A stretch of 64,000 bases of DNA from a bacterium. Lineage in GTDB: Bacteria; Zhuqueibacterota; Zhuqueibacteria; Residuimicrobiales; Residuimicrobiaceae. Of this stretch, positions 8,811-19,922 are shown one piece after another (position 1 is the first letter of the stretch; the number at the start of each line of letters is the position of its first letter). A model generated the notes under the pieces. That model worked only from the letters and a program-made list of their open reading frames with translations. It did not search any database and was not told the DNA's origin. The translations under genes were made by a program, and so were the position numbers. The DNA is taken from NCBI GenBank assembly GCA_029565685.1, contig JAKQNR010000022.1, positions 556,035 through 620,034 on the forward strand, given 5' to 3'.

Positions 8811-9722
8811 TCACTTGATTTTCCCCTCTAAAAACGGCACTTCAAATACCTTTTCATGCATCACCGGTCCATGCCCGAAATAGCCGTCCTCGCCGAATAG
8901 TTCTCCATGATCTGAAGTCACGGTGATATAGGTATTGACCGGCGCCAGATCATAAAGCCGCTCAAAAAGTCCATCGAGATAGGAAATAGCCGCAACCTGC
9001 CGCTGTCGCAACTCAGCCATTTTAACCTGGTCAAAAAACGGCTCCGTTTTTTGACCGCTGGTCTCTGCATCCAGATGATCATCCAGATGTTTAAAGATAC
9101 CGTGCACCCCATGAAGTTTCGGCCATTCGTTCTCCGTTTCCTCAGGCAGCGCATAAGGATAATGGGTTTCTCCCACATTCAACAGATAAAAGTGGGGCTG
9201 GCCGCCTTCAAATGTTATCGCATCGAGCATTGCGGAAAAATCATTGTGCTTTTCCATTAAACGAAAACTGTTAAAACCCACATTAAGGGGAGTTGCAGGA
9301 TTCAACACCGGCAAAGAAACCATGGCGTGGGTTTGATAGCCCAGGTTGGTCTGCATAAAGGGCGGAAGAAAGAGTTGCGGTACCAGGCTTTTGAACTCAA
9401 AGCAATCCACCCCGAAGCGTTCATTAAATTTAATAAAGTCATTTTTATAGTAATCCGAAGCGAATACCTGTTTCGGGCTGGTATGGGGCATAAGCCCGCA
9501 CAGAAGGTTGTAATGGGAGGGAGCGGTCCACGAAGCGTAAGAGTAACGTTTCTGAACCGGAGCCAATTTTTGCATAAAAATCGGCCTGGCTTGGACAAAA
9601 GTGTCGAAGCGACAGCTGTCTAAAATAATCAGCAGATAATGGTTTGGTTTAAGCGTATTTTTTTTGATCATCGGCCTTTGTATCAACGGTTCGTTATCGG
9701 CCGTTTTTTTTCTCAATGCCAT
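8811..9722 (-). CDS. Sulfatase / alkaline-phosphatase-superfamily metallohydrolase
   Basis: IILDSCRFD, SWTAPSH, ETHYPY, TSDHGELFGEDGYFGHG. Confidence 0.8.
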   Translation of the reverse strand: MALRKKTADNEPLIQRPMIKKNTLKPNHYLLIILDSCRFDTFVQARPIFMQKLAPVQKRYSYASWTAPSHYNLLCGLMPHTSPKQVFASDYYKNDFIKFNERFGVDCFEFKSLVPQLFLPPFMQTNLGYQTHAMVSLPVLNPATPLNVGFNSFRLMEKHNDFSAMLDAITFEGGQPHFYLLNVGETHYPYALPEETENEWPKLHGVHGIFKHLDDHLDAETSGQKTEPFFDQVKMAELRQRQVAAISYLDGLFERLYDLAPVNTYITVTSDHGELFGEDGYFGHGPVMHEKVFEVPFLEGKIK

Positions 9723-9797
9723 ATGCCACTCCGTCGGCTGTTTGTCGATGGATTTGTCCGTTTTCTCTTTATACAGACAAACTCATGCTGGTGCGCA

Positions 9798-12170
9798 TCA
9801 AAATTCCATCTGATAGCGAGCGAGGAAATTCCGGCCGGGTTCGACAACGATCAGGCCCCGGTTGGTCGCCAGGTGGTTGCGAAAGGCTTTGTCGGTGACA
9901 TTCTCGATGCCGATCATAAGGCGGCCGGACAAGCCGCCAATGCATACGGGCCGGCTGTTGAAATAAAGGTCATAATATACATATCCATTCGTGGTCAATT
10001 CACCCGCAGCCACGCGTGTCTGACGATCGTAAGCGCTCGCAGCGAGCTCTAAAGTGCCGGCGCCTGTCGCCTGCCATTGAGCCGTGATGCCGCCGTGCAG
10101 AGGCGGAATCTGACTTAAAGGTTGACTCAGGCGCAGATCCTGTCCGTGCACATAAGAGGCATGCAGCCGCACGGAGATTTTTTCCCAGGGAACCACTGTT
10201 GCGCTGACTTCACCGCCGGCAAGGGCTGCTTTGCCGATATTGGCTTTCAACAGCGCGCTGCGGCCCTCATAGGAACCAGGGATCTCTGCGATCATATTCA
10301 ATAGACGATTGTAAAAAATATTAGCCCCAGCCTGCAGGGAGCCGCTGAACAGCCGCACGCCCGCATCAAAAAAATGGCCGTTTTCTGGATCGAGCTCCGG
10401 ATCGCCGACTTTGACCAGGTTGCCGGAATCGATGTACTGATAGCGTTCTTCCAGATAGGGCGAACGGAATGAGCGTGCGAGGTTGACCGTGAGATCCACG
10501 GCCGGCAGCAGACGATAAAGCAGGCCGAGATTAGCGCTCCAGGACCGGTCCGAGGCTTTTTCCGCTTGCCATAGAACGCTCTGGCCTGCAGGCGTTTCAT
10601 CGCGAACGCCGTCCGTGATCTCGTACAAAGGATTCAACCCCTCTTCGTTTTCCACTTGAATTACATCATAACGTCCGCCCAGCGTGACCTGCCATTTCGA
10701 TTGTTGCGGCGACCATTCATATTGACCGAACAACCCCATGCTGCGATAGTAGGCGTCCGGCAACGGCAGGTCGCCGAGAGTTTTATAGGTGGTTTTTTGA
10801 ACAGCGCCGGTGGTCGGATTCAGCACTTCGATTTTGCTCTCCCGACTGCGATACCCTTCATACTTTTTCTGCCACACATCCACACCCGCGATGAGATGAT
10901 GAGGAGAACCCCAGTGCCAGTTGCTCTGCATCTGCATTCCATGGATTTTATGAACCGCTCCAGGGGAAATTTTCAGAACCGACACTCGTCTGGCCGGTTG
11001 CCCGCCTGAGGCGGGCAACTGGTTAACCAGATGTGGAATATTCTCAACATCGCGGAGAATATCCTGATAGAAATATTTAATCATGGTCTTCAGGCAGTGA
11101 GAGGACAGGTCGTGGATCTGATATTCCGCACTGTAAAGCGTTCGATCCTCTTTAGGATAACGCACATCGGCGTTGACCGGAAAAATCGGATATCCACCCG
11201 GCACACCGACATCCACTGCATGGTAGCGCTGATAGTTGAAGAACAGTTCACTCTTCTGTCCCGGCCGCCAGCCCAGCCGGGCGATGGCGCTGTGGTCCTG
11301 ATACTGGCTGTTCAGGTATCCTGCCGGCGTACGGGCGTCATCGGCCTTGCGCAGCATACCCGAGGCATAGACATGCCAGCGCTGTGAACCGGCATGGAGC
11401 GACAGTTTACCCAATCCCGACTGGTTGACAGAGGCAAATCCGCCCACCACGCCGAATTTCACATAGGGCTGGTCTTGATACCAGCCGTCCTTGGTAATGA
11501 TGTTGATCACGCCGCCCATGGCGCCGGATCCATACAGCGAAGAGGCGGCGCCTTTGATGACCTCAATCCGTTCGATATCATTCACGTCGATCATAGACAA
11601 TCCGGCTGCGAGATCGTTGGCGGTGTCAATGCGATTGCCGTCCACCAGTGCCACCACATGGTTGCGAGACAGGCCGCGGACATTGGGGGTGGTGCCCCAG
11701 ATTCCATCCCGGCCAAGGCTTAAACCCGGTTCACTCTGCAGAGCATTGGTGATCGAGATGGGCGCCGAACGATCGATCTGCTCAGCGCGCACCACGGTGA
11801 TCGGCAGCGCCACATCGCGAAGTGGCCGGTCCGATTTGGTGCTGGTGACCATGACGTCGGAATAATTCAACAGCACCGGAGACAGCGTGAAAGTCAACTC
11901 CTGGATGGAATCAGGGGCAACCATGACCGACCGACGTTCCGGCTCGTAGCCGATAAAGGAGACGACGAGGGTATATTCGCCCGGCTGAAGTTGGGCAAAG
12001 GAAAACCGACCCTCTTGGTCGGTGACCACGCCGCGGTACCTGTTTGCCAGATGCACATTAGCGCCGGCCAAAGGCCGATTTTGCTGTTGGTCCAAGACCC
12101 TTCCGGAAAGTTCGCTTTCAGCATAAGCCGGAAGACAAATCATAAAAAGTAAATATATCCAATGACGCAT
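9798..12170 (-). CDS. TonB-dependent receptor (heme/iron type) with N-terminal carboxypeptidase-regulatory-like domain
   Basis: Signal peptide, IERIEVIKGAASSLYGSGAMGGVINIITK plug, FRSP...DPEL, terminal Phe. Confidence 0.92.
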   Translation of the reverse strand: MRHWIYLLFMICLPAYAESELSGRVLDQQQNRPLAGANVHLANRYRGVVTDQEGRFSFAQLQPGEYTLVVSFIGYEPERRSVMVAPDSIQELTFTLSPVLLNYSDVMVTSTKSDRPLRDVALPITVVRAEQIDRSAPISITNALQSEPGLSLGRDGIWGTTPNVRGLSRNHVVALVDGNRIDTANDLAAGLSMIDVNDIERIEVIKGAASSLYGSGAMGGVINIITKDGWYQDQPYVKFGVVGGFASVNQSGLGKLSLHAGSQRWHVYASGMLRKADDARTPAGYLNSQYQDHSAIARLGWRPGQKSELFFNYQRYHAVDVGVPGGYPIFPVNADVRYPKEDRTLYSAEYQIHDLSSHCLKTMIKYFYQDILRDVENIPHLVNQLPASGGQPARRVSVLKISPGAVHKIHGMQMQSNWHWGSPHHLIAGVDVWQKKYEGYRSRESKIEVLNPTTGAVQKTTYKTLGDLPLPDAYYRSMGLFGQYEWSPQQSKWQVTLGGRYDVIQVENEEGLNPLYEITDGVRDETPAGQSVLWQAEKASDRSWSANLGLLYRLLPAVDLTVNLARSFRSPYLEERYQYIDSGNLVKVGDPELDPENGHFFDAGVRLFSGSLQAGANIFYNRLLNMIAEIPGSYEGRSALLKANIGKAALAGGEVSATVVPWEKISVRLHASYVHGQDLRLSQPLSQIPPLHGGITAQWQATGAGTLELAASAYDRQTRVAAGELTTNGYVYYDLYFNSRPVCIGGLSGRLMIGIENVTDKAFRNHLATNRGLIVVEPGRNFLARYQMEF

Positions 12171-12189
12171 AGCAGAACTCCTTATAAAG

Positions 12190-14133
12190 TTACAGGAAAA
12201 GCGGGGCGATGAAACGCGTGAGCCACGCCAGCCAGATGGCCAGAAACAGCGAAAGGGCCGAGGCCAGAAGAGTTTTGCGCATTCCCAATTCTCTCACCAT
12301 GATGCCAAAGGTGGCCAGGCAGGGCAGATAAAACAGAATGAAAACTGTAAACACCATGATCTGCACCGGCGTCATCACCGTCAGCACCTCAGTGGTTCCA
12401 AGGGACTGAAACAGCATGAGCATGGACAATTCTTTTCGCAGCACTCCGAAGATAATCGTCAATCCGACCTTTTCCGGCAAATCCAGCAACCGGGTAAGGG
12501 GAGAAAACATTCGGTTGATCCCCTCTTGCCAGTGCAGCCATTCGGTGATGCTGAGAAAGAGGCTGCCCAAAATCAACAACGGCCAGGCGATGACGATAAA
12601 ATCCTTGATGCGCAGCCAGGTTTTAGCCAAAACAACTTTTACGCCGGGCGCTTGAAAGGCCGGTATCTCCATGATCATGCCCGGCGTTTCTTCCGGGGAA
12701 AGGCGTGAAAGAACTAAGCCGATGCCCAGAATGATCACTATATTTAAAAGCAACAGCCAGAAGGCGTAGGCGCCGCCCAAATAAAAACCCACCAATCCAA
12801 GGATTAGGGTCATGCGCGCTGAGCAGGGTACGAACAGCGCCAGAGTGGAAGCGATGAAGCGGTCTCTTGGTCGGGTAATGATGCGAGTGGCCATGACCGC
12901 CGGAACGGTGCAGCCGTATCCCAACAAAAGAGGGATGATCGCGGTTCCATGCAATCCCAAACGGTGCATGATTCCATCGGTTAAAAATGCCATGCGCGGA
13001 AGGTAGCCGATGTCCTCGATGAGCGCCATCAGGAGCAAAAATGGAAAGAGATACGGCAGAACGATCGAAACGCCGCCGGAAAATCCTTGCAGCAGGCTGT
13101 TCAGCAAGTGATAGGTGAAGGAATCAACCGACCAGTGCAGAGCCATCTGATCACTCAACGATTGAAAAAACGCCAGAATGGGCGTTTCGAGAAACGCGCC
13201 GAGTTTAAAGACGCTGACGAACAGGAGGTACAGAACCGCCAGCATGATCACATAGCCGACGATCGGATGCATCAACAGATCGTCTATCCGGTCACGCCAA
13301 AGGCTGGAGGAGCGACTGCCCACGCGAGCCACTTCTTCGAACAGCTCCATGCTTTTGGCATGGCGCTCCGCCGAGATCACCTGATCAGAGGGTTGGCCAT
13401 GGGCCTCTTCCAGCATCTGTTGATAAACCTTGATTTTTTCTACGGCGCCGGGTAGTCGTTTTTCAGCCAGGTCCAGATAGTAGGGATCGTGTTCGAGCAA
13501 TTTGATGGCCAGAAGTCTGGGTTTGTCAAAATCCAGACCACATTGCTTCATCCAATCGACCACGGAGCGGATGGCGGTTTCTACGTGTTTACTCATGGTG
13601 ATGGGATGCATTGGAGATATGGAGCGGGCATATTTCACAGAGCGGGTGAACAGGGTCTCAACGCCGATGCCTTTGGAAGCGATGGTGGAAAAAACCGGCG
13701 CACAGAGAAGGGAGGATAGGCGTTCTCCGTCGATCTCGACGCCTTTGCGTTGGGCTTCATCGATCATGTTCAGACAGAGCACCATGGGCAGGCCCAACTC
13801 TGCCATTTGCAGGGTCAGTTCCAGACTGCGGCACAGAAGCGATGCATCGACCACATTGACAACCAGATCGATTTTTTCGAACAGCAGAAACTGCTTAGCC
13901 GCCTCGGTAGCCGGGTCGATGGCGGTGAGAGAATACAGGCCCGGAAGGTCGATCAGTTCAATGGTCTGATCGCCTATTTGAACCAGACTGCTGGTGAACG
14001 AAACCGTGGCGCCGGCAAAATTAGTCGAGATCGAGCGATAGCCGGCCACCTGATTGAATAACGTGCTCTTGCCGCAATTAGGTTGCCCGATCAGCACCAA
14101 CCGCAGACAGGGGGCGGAGGAAGAATTTTTCAT
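12190..14133 (-). CDS. feoB: Ferrous iron transporter FeoB
   Basis: GQPNCGKS, DLPG, NMID, GYGCTVPA, VPCSAR, YLPC; ATG 14133 overlaps the feoA stop. Confidence 0.95.
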   Translation of the reverse strand: MKNSSSAPCLRLVLIGQPNCGKSTLFNQVAGYRSISTNFAGATVSFTSSLVQIGDQTIELIDLPGLYSLTAIDPATEAAKQFLLFEKIDLVVNVVDASLLCRSLELTLQMAELGLPMVLCLNMIDEAQRKGVEIDGERLSSLLCAPVFSTIASKGIGVETLFTRSVKYARSISPMHPITMSKHVETAIRSVVDWMKQCGLDFDKPRLLAIKLLEHDPYYLDLAEKRLPGAVEKIKVYQQMLEEAHGQPSDQVISAERHAKSMELFEEVARVGSRSSSLWRDRIDDLLMHPIVGYVIMLAVLYLLFVSVFKLGAFLETPILAFFQSLSDQMALHWSVDSFTYHLLNSLLQGFSGGVSIVLPYLFPFLLLMALIEDIGYLPRMAFLTDGIMHRLGLHGTAIIPLLLGYGCTVPAVMATRIITRPRDRFIASTLALFVPCSARMTLILGLVGFYLGGAYAFWLLLLNIVIILGIGLVLSRLSPEETPGMIMEIPAFQAPGVKVVLAKTWLRIKDFIVIAWPLLILGSLFLSITEWLHWQEGINRMFSPLTRLLDLPEKVGLTIIFGVLRKELSMLMLFQSLGTTEVLTVMTPVQIMVFTVFILFYLPCLATFGIMVRELGMRKTLLASALSLFLAIWLAWLTRFIAPLFL

Positions 14134-14387
14134 GATAGCGTCGTCACTCGGACAAATATGTGGGCCGCCATGCAGCGGCTGAGGGCGATGTCCGCCTGAT
14201 TGACAGTCAACAGCAGGGGGCCGCCCAGAACCGCATTCCGCTTCAGTCGGACGATGTCGCCCACATGCAGGCCGACTTGTTGCAGCCGCTGGCGAAGCCC
14301 CCATCCTCCGGAGAATGCCACGATCGTTGCCGCTTGTCCGACTTTTAATTGGTTCAACGTCGGCAGAATCTTTTCTTCACGCATCAT
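14130..14387 (-). CDS. feoA: FeoA family protein
   Basis: RQRLQQVGLHVG...LGGP...IALSR; upstream of feoB. Confidence 0.9.
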   Translation of the reverse strand: MMREEKILPTLNQLKVGQAATIVAFSGGWGLRQRLQQVGLHVGDIVRLKRNAVLGGPLLLTVNQADIALSRCMAAHIFVRVTTLS

Positions 14388-14400
14388 AAGACGAGTTCTA

Positions 14401-14874
14401 CTATTTTAGCATGCATTCCACACAGGGCGTGCCGTCGGAATACGCCCTAGCGCATTCACGAACCTCACGGATGAATTGACCATGTTTTTTAGGACACTGT
14501 CTGACCAAATAGAGAAAGCGCATCAGCGCCGAATAGGTCTCAGCGCTGATTAAATGTTCGATCTTGCAAGCATCCTGTTCTGCGATCGCTTTATCAAGTC
14601 CAAGAATGTCCGTCAATAAATCTTCAACCGCCTGATGCCTGAGCGTCAAATGGTGCGCCAGTCGACGCCCCTTGACAGTGAGTACGATATGTCCATAGGC
14701 TTCATGGGCAATGAGATCTTTTTTAGCCAGTTGACTCAGAGCGATGGATACGCTGGAACGGGTCACCCCGCGGCGTTCAGCGATATCTTTGACGCGAGCC
14801 ACCTTGTTTTCATCTTCCAGAGCCGCGATGATCTCGATGTACTCCTGGGTGACGGTGTCATGAGGTAAATTCAT
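14401..14874 (-). CDS. DtxR/MntR-family metal-dependent regulator with Cys-rich tail
   Basis: EYIEII, ARVKDIA, YGHIVLT, RH, DACKIEH; GAGG RBS before ATG 14874. Confidence 0.9.
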   Translation of the reverse strand: MNLPHDTVTQEYIEIIAALEDENKVARVKDIAERRGVTRSSVSIALSQLAKKDLIAHEAYGHIVLTVKGRRLAHHLTLRHQAVEDLLTDILGLDKAIAEQDACKIEHLISAETYSALMRFLYLVRQCPKKHGQFIREVRECARAYSDGTPCVECMLK

Positions 14875-14886
14875 GAACGACCTCGA

Positions 14887-14902
14887 GTTTGATGCATAAA
14901 AC
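14887..14902. promoter_or_regulatory. Candidate DtxR-family operator
   Basis: GTTTGATG|CATAAAAC near-palindrome between the promoter and RBS of the regulator. Confidence 0.45.
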
Positions 14903-14917
14903 ATTGTTAGAGATATA

Positions 14918-14946
14918 AACTTAATCACTTTTCGGCAGAAAAACAA
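14918..14946 (-). promoter_or_regulatory. sigma70-like promoter of the dtxR-feo operon
   Basis: TTGTTT-N17-TAAGTT. Confidence 0.5.
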
Positions 14947-14974
14947 GCCTAATTTTTCCAATCACACAACCTGC

Positions 14975-15003
14975 TTGACTAAATCCTCGCTTCTGACTAT
15001 ATT
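14975..15003 (+). promoter_or_regulatory. sigma70-like promoter of the PLD gene
   Basis: TTGACT-N17-TATATT. Confidence 0.6.
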
Positions 15004-15077
15004 AGCCTGCGTTTTCGCTGCTCCTTTGCGGCCGAAACCGCACCACTGTTCATGATTATGATGGTGTCAACTACAGC

Positions 15078-17468
15078 ATGAATCCCTACTCCAGACCTAT
15101 GCTTTTTCACCCGACCCTGCGACTTGTCCTTGCCTGTTCTCTTGTATTCATTTTTCCCCGCGCCGGTTTAACCCTTGTCGACATCGCCTCGCTGCATCAT
15201 AACGACGCGTCAGGAGCGCCGCTAGCGCCCTATCGAATCGGCCAGAGGGTGGAGGTGGCCGGTGTGGTGACGGCGGGAACCAACCTGTTCACCACCACCT
15301 ATTGCGATGTTTACATTCAGGACGCCACGGGCGGCATCAATCTCTACGCAGACTCGCCTTGGTCCACAGCGCTTCAGATCGGCGACAGCGTTCGCGTCGA
15401 CGGCGTGATCCGCCATTTTCGCGGACTGACGGAGATCAGCATGCCGATGACCATCGATGTCCTTGGCAAAGCTAAAATCATTCCAGCGCCACTGCTGCTG
15501 ACTTGTGATCAGGCGGCAAATAGTTTTTCCCAAGATTCGACTGAACCGAATGAAAGCCGGCTGATCCGCCTCAACCGGGCCCGAGTAACCGCTGGTTCGG
15601 CTCCCACCTTGACCATCAGCGATCAGACCGGTCAGTGTCTGCTTTACCTCGATGCGGATACGAAGCTGCAGGTCCCACAAGGTACGTTCGATGTCATTGG
15701 CATCCTGAAACAGTACGACACAACAATGCCCTATACTGATGGTTATGAGATCGTACCCCGCTTTGCCGGTGATCTGATCCTTCATTCAGGCCCTGTTTTT
15801 GCAAGTGAACCGGAGGAAGTCGCCATCACGCCGCAAACCGTCGATTTTTACTGGCAGACCGCCGATGCGGCCAGCGCCTCGATTAAATACAAAAACCGCA
15901 CCTCCTGGGAGTGGCAAAGTTATGGTGATTCCTCATCTGTGCAGGAGCATCATCTGTCGCTGTCCAACCTGCTGCCGGCCACCATCTATGACGCCTACAT
16001 GGTCTGCAGCGATGCTGCGGGATCCAGTTCGAGCCGCCGCTTCGCCTTTTGCACTGCCTCAGCCCGCTCCAGCGGCACTATTGAGGTTTGGTTCAATCAA
16101 TCAGTCAACCCAACCTTAGCCCATCCGGACACGGCGAACGGGTCAGTGGATCTGGCGGCTAAATTGATCGAACGGATCGATCAAGCCCGACACAGTTTGG
16201 ATGTGTGTTTCTATAATTTAAGCCATTCGGAGCTCACCGAGGCCATCGGCCGGGCGAAAAACAGAGGGGTTTCTGTTCGTCTGATTTACGATTACGATCC
16301 AGATAAGCCGAACGAGGAAAAGCCTTCCATCAGCCGGCTGCAACAGGTATACCATGTTCCCGTGATCAGCGACCGGTTTGGCCAGAACAGCGGCACTGGC
16401 TTAATGCACAACAAGTTTGTCATCATCGATCATCGCGATCATGACAACGCTTTGGACGATTACCTGTGGGTCGCCTCTGCCAATGGCACCCTCCACGGGG
16501 CTGTTCTCAACGCTGAAAACGGCCTATGCATTCAGGATGAGGCGCTTTGTGCCGCCTATACCGCCGAGTTTGACGAGATGTGGGGGGACGGAGATGAAAT
16601 GGCGGACGCAACCCGCAGCCGGTTCGGCGAGCGTAAGACCGATAACACGCCGCATCGGTTCTGCGTCAACGGCGTGTGGATCGAACAATATATGAGTCCA
16701 TCGGATCAAACCGAAGCGGCCATTGTCCAATCCATCCGATCCGCTCAGCAGTCTCTCTACTTTTGTATTTACTCCTTTACCAGCATGCCGATTCTATATG
16801 CTTTGGAAGAGCGTTTCCGCCGGTCTCCAGGTTTCGGCCTGGCCGGCGTTTTTGACGCAGAGGCAAACGAAGATAGATACAGCGTGTATTCCCGCATGGC
16901 CGGCATCGGCGCCTCGGCTTGGTCGCCTCCTGCGGATGTCTGGCTGGAACAGTCGCCCTACCTTTTGCACCACAAGTATTTGATTGTGGATGCAGGCGGA
17001 GAAAATCCAAAGGTGATCACCGGCAGTCATAACTGGAGCTATAGCGCGGAGCATGGCAACGATGAGAATGTGCTGATCTTTCACAGCCGTACGTTGGCCA
17101 ATCAATACCTCCAAGAATTTTCCATGCGCTATCAGGAAGCAGGGGGGCAGGCGGCGTTGCTGACGCCTGTGGCAGCCAAGGAAATCGCCGCTGGGCCGGC
17201 AACCTGGAGGTTGATAGGCAATTATCCCAATCCTTTCAACAGTTCCACCCGGATCCTCTACCATCGACCGGAGCAGGATCGCACTGACCGTACTGCGTTT
17301 CTGTACGATGTTGCGGGACGGCTTGTTCGCACCCTGGAGCTTTCGCCTCAGGGAAATGAGGTCGCCTGGAATGGCGCCGATGATTCGGGCCGGTCCGTCG
17401 CCTCCGGCGTGTACATGGTCCGCATCGCAGGCCACCCGGGCGTAGTAAAAATGTTGCTCATACGATGA
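15078..17468 (+). CDS. Secreted phospholipase D-superfamily protein with OB-like/FN3-like N-terminus and T9SS type A / FlgD-like CTD
   Basis: Two HKD motifs ([16 protein letters not shown]...GSHNWS); C-terminal NYPNPFN...VASGVY...KMLLIR. Confidence 0.85.
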   Translation: MNPYSRPMLFHPTLRLVLACSLVFIFPRAGLTLVDIASLHHNDASGAPLAPYRIGQRVEVAGVVTAGTNLFTTTYCDVYIQDATGGINLYADSPWSTALQIGDSVRVDGVIRHFRGLTEISMPMTIDVLGKAKIIPAPLLLTCDQAANSFSQDSTEPNESRLIRLNRARVTAGSAPTLTISDQTGQCLLYLDADTKLQVPQGTFDVIGILKQYDTTMPYTDGYEIVPRFAGDLILHSGPVFASEPEEVAITPQTVDFYWQTADAASASIKYKNRTSWEWQSYGDSSSVQEHHLSLSNLLPATIYDAYMVCSDAAGSSSSRRFAFCTASARSSGTIEVWFNQSVNPTLAHPDTANGSVDLAAKLIERIDQARHSLDVCFYNLSHSELTEAIGRAKNRGVSVRLIYDYDPDKPNEEKPSISRLQQVYHVPVISDRFGQNSGTGLMHNKFVIIDHRDHDNALDDYLWVASANGTLHGAVLNAENGLCIQDEALCAAYTAEFDEMWGDGDEMADATRSRFGERKTDNTPHRFCVNGVWIEQYMSPSDQTEAAIVQSIRSAQQSLYFCIYSFTSMPILYALEERFRRSPGFGLAGVFDAEANEDRYSVYSRMAGIGASAWSPPADVWLEQSPYLLHHKYLIVDAGGENPKVITGSHNWSYSAEHGNDENVLIFHSRTLANQYLQEFSMRYQEAGGQAALLTPVAAKEIAAGPATWRLIGNYPNPFNSSTRILYHRPEQDRTDRTAFLYDVAGRLVRTLELSPQGNEVAWNGADDSGRSVASGVYMVRIAGHPGVVKMLLIR

Positions 17469-17478
17469 GGAAAAAAGT

Positions 17479-18507
17479 ATGAAGATGAAAGCCTTGGTCA
17501 AAAAGAGCCGGGAGCCTGGATTGTGGATGGAAGAAGTCCCGGCGCCGATTTGCGGCAACAACGATCTATTGATCAAAATCACCCACACCGCCATCTGCGG
17601 CACTGACCTACACATCTATAAATGGGATGAATGGTCGCAGCGCACCATTAAGCCTCCGCTGGTGATCGGCCACGAGTTTGTCGGTGTGGTGGTTGAAAAG
17701 GGAATCAATGTCTCCGGATATGAGGTCGGCGAGCGGGTGTCCGGCGAGGGACATATCGTCTGCGGAGTCTGTCGCAGCTGCCGCGCCGGCCGCAGGCATC
17801 TGTGCACCAATACCATAGGCATCGGGGTAAACCGGGACGGCTGTTTTGCCGAGTATCTGGCCCTGCCGGCGACCAACGCCTGGCACGTACATCCTGCGAT
17901 CCCGTCAGAAATCGCCGCCTTCTTTGATCCTTTCGGAAATGCCACGCATTCCGCCCTCTCCTTTGACATCGTGGGTGAAGATGTTCTCATCACCGGGGCG
18001 GGACCCATCGGCCTGATGGCCGTGGCCATCTGCCGTCATGTCGGCGCACGCAATATCGTCCTCACCGACGTCAACGACTACCGGTTGAGCCTGGGGAAAA
18101 AGATGGGCGCCACGCGCGTGGTCAATGTGGCTGAAGGATCCATTGAGCAGTGTCGAAAAGATCTGGCTATGGTCGGATTCGATATCGGGCTGGAGATGTC
18201 CGGCAATCCACGTGCATTTGAATCCATGCTGGAAAACATGTATCATGGCGGCCGCATCGCTCTGCTGGGCATTTTACCGGCGAGCACTCAGATCAACTGG
18301 GATCAGGTTATTTTCAAAGGGCTGCACATCAAAGGCATTTACGGACGGGAAATTTTTGAAACCTGGTACAAGATGCAAACCATGCTGCAAAGCGGGCTGA
18401 ACATATCGCCGGTGCTGACCCATCAACTCAAATTCGCTGATTTTCAAAAGGGCTTTGACGCCATGCTCTCCGGCAAGTGTGGCAAAGTGGTGCTAACCAT
18501 GGAGTGA
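17479..18507 (+). CDS. tdh: L-threonine 3-dehydrogenase
   Basis: [35 protein letters not shown]; paired with kbl. Confidence 0.97.
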   Translation: MKMKALVKKSREPGLWMEEVPAPICGNNDLLIKITHTAICGTDLHIYKWDEWSQRTIKPPLVIGHEFVGVVVEKGINVSGYEVGERVSGEGHIVCGVCRSCRAGRRHLCTNTIGIGVNRDGCFAEYLALPATNAWHVHPAIPSEIAAFFDPFGNATHSALSFDIVGEDVLITGAGPIGLMAVAICRHVGARNIVLTDVNDYRLSLGKKMGATRVVNVAEGSIEQCRKDLAMVGFDIGLEMSGNPRAFESMLENMYHGGRIALLGILPASTQINWDQVIFKGLHIKGIYGREIFETWYKMQTMLQSGLNISPVLTHQLKFADFQKGFDAMLSGKCGKVVLTME

Positions 18508-18510
18508 ATC

Positions 18511-19701
18511 ATGTACGGACAAATCAAACAGGACCTCATCGCCGCGCTGGACGAGATTCGTCAATCAGGCCTGTATAAGCACGAACGCGTTCTCTCTTCC
18601 AGCCAGGGCGCAATGATCAGCGTGCAGGGCGGCGCAGCGGTGCTGAACTTTTGCGCCAACAACTATCTGGGACTTGCCAGCCATCCCACGGTGATTGACG
18701 CGGCGCAGAAGGCGATGCAGCGATGGGGATATGGACTTTCATCAGTACGCTTTATCTGCGGCACGCAGGAAGGACACAAACAATTGGAGGAAAAGATGTC
18801 CCGATTCCTGCAGACCGAGGATACGATTCTTTATGCCGCCTGCTTTGACGCCAACGGCGGTGTGTTTGAACCGTTCATGGGCGCCGACACCTGTATTCTC
18901 ACCGATGCACTCAACCATGCCTCCATCATAGACGGCATTCGTCTGGCCAAAGCTCAGCGGCTGATCTATCAGCATGCGGATATGGCGGATCTGGAAAAGA
19001 AATTACAGGAAAGCAAGAGCTCGCGTTACCGACTGATCGCCACAGACGGTGTTTTCAGCATGGATGGAGACATCGCCCCCTTGCAGGCCATCTGCGATCT
19101 GGCTGATCGCTATGATGCACTGGTCATGGTGGACGACAGCCATGCCACAGGATTTTTAGGCAGAACCGGCCGCGGCAGCATCGAGCATTGTCGCGTGATG
19201 GGCCGCGTCGACTTGATCACCACCACCTTTGGCAAAGCCTTGGGAGGCGCCATGGGCGGGTGCGTGTCCGGACGCAAAGAGATGATCGAATATCTCAGAC
19301 AAAAAAGCAGACCCTATCTGTTCTCCAACAGCCTTTCACCGATGGTGGTCGGCGCCACGCTGGCGGTCTTGGAGCTTCTGTCCGCCAATACGGAATTGCG
19401 CGACCGTCTGGAGAGCAATACGCTTTACTTCCGCCAACGAATGACCGCTATGGGATTTGATATCAAGCCCGGGATTCATCCCATTGTTCCCATCATGCTG
19501 TACGACGAAAAGTTGGCGCACACCATGGCGGACGAGATGCTGAAAAAGGGCGTCTACGTGATCGGATTCAGCTATCCGGTTGTGCCGAAAGGAATGGCGC
19601 GCATTCGCGTGCAGGTCTCTGCAGCGCACAGCAAAGAGCATCTGGATACGGCTGTGGACGCATTTCAGTCTGTGGGCAAGCAGCTAGGCGTAATCAGGTA
19701 A
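18511..19701 (+). CDS. kbl: Glycine C-acetyltransferase
   Basis: NFCANNYLGL, SVRFICGTQ, GKALGGA, SRPYLFSN, ARIRVQVSA. Confidence 0.97.
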   Translation: MYGQIKQDLIAALDEIRQSGLYKHERVLSSSQGAMISVQGGAAVLNFCANNYLGLASHPTVIDAAQKAMQRWGYGLSSVRFICGTQEGHKQLEEKMSRFLQTEDTILYAACFDANGGVFEPFMGADTCILTDALNHASIIDGIRLAKAQRLIYQHADMADLEKKLQESKSSRYRLIATDGVFSMDGDIAPLQAICDLADRYDALVMVDDSHATGFLGRTGRGSIEHCRVMGRVDLITTTFGKALGGAMGGCVSGRKEMIEYLRQKSRPYLFSNSLSPMVVGATLAVLELLSANTELRDRLESNTLYFRQRMTAMGFDIKPGIHPIVPIMLYDEKLAHTMADEMLKKGVYVIGFSYPVVPKGMARIRVQVSAAHSKEHLDTAVDAFQSVGKQLGVIR

Positions 19702-19822
19702 GTGGGGCTTACGAATCTGTAATCCGGATTTCCATTGTTGGATTCCTTCGTGCAGCACTCTGTGCGAATGCAAAATGGCTATTGAAAAATATGAAATAAA
19801 GCGTCCAAGCATAAAACAGATC

Positions 19823-19838
19823 TGGCATGCCTCTTGCA
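19823..19838 (+). promoter_or_regulatory. sigma54 (-24/-12) promoter
   Basis: TGGCATGCCTCTTGCA versus consensus TGGCACG-N4-TTGCW, one mismatch. Confidence 0.65.
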
Positions 19839-19922
19839 TGGTTTCAAGCAGGGCGGAAGGCAGCGGGAATAAAGCTCCTAAAAAGCAGCCCAGCGTTGAG
19901 GAAACCAACCAAGGAGGCGAAG

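Noticed and set aside
8597..8818. ORF-track 73-aa ORF
   Set aside because: Wrong frame; the 8583-8759 frame gives a coupled, recognisable membrane protein
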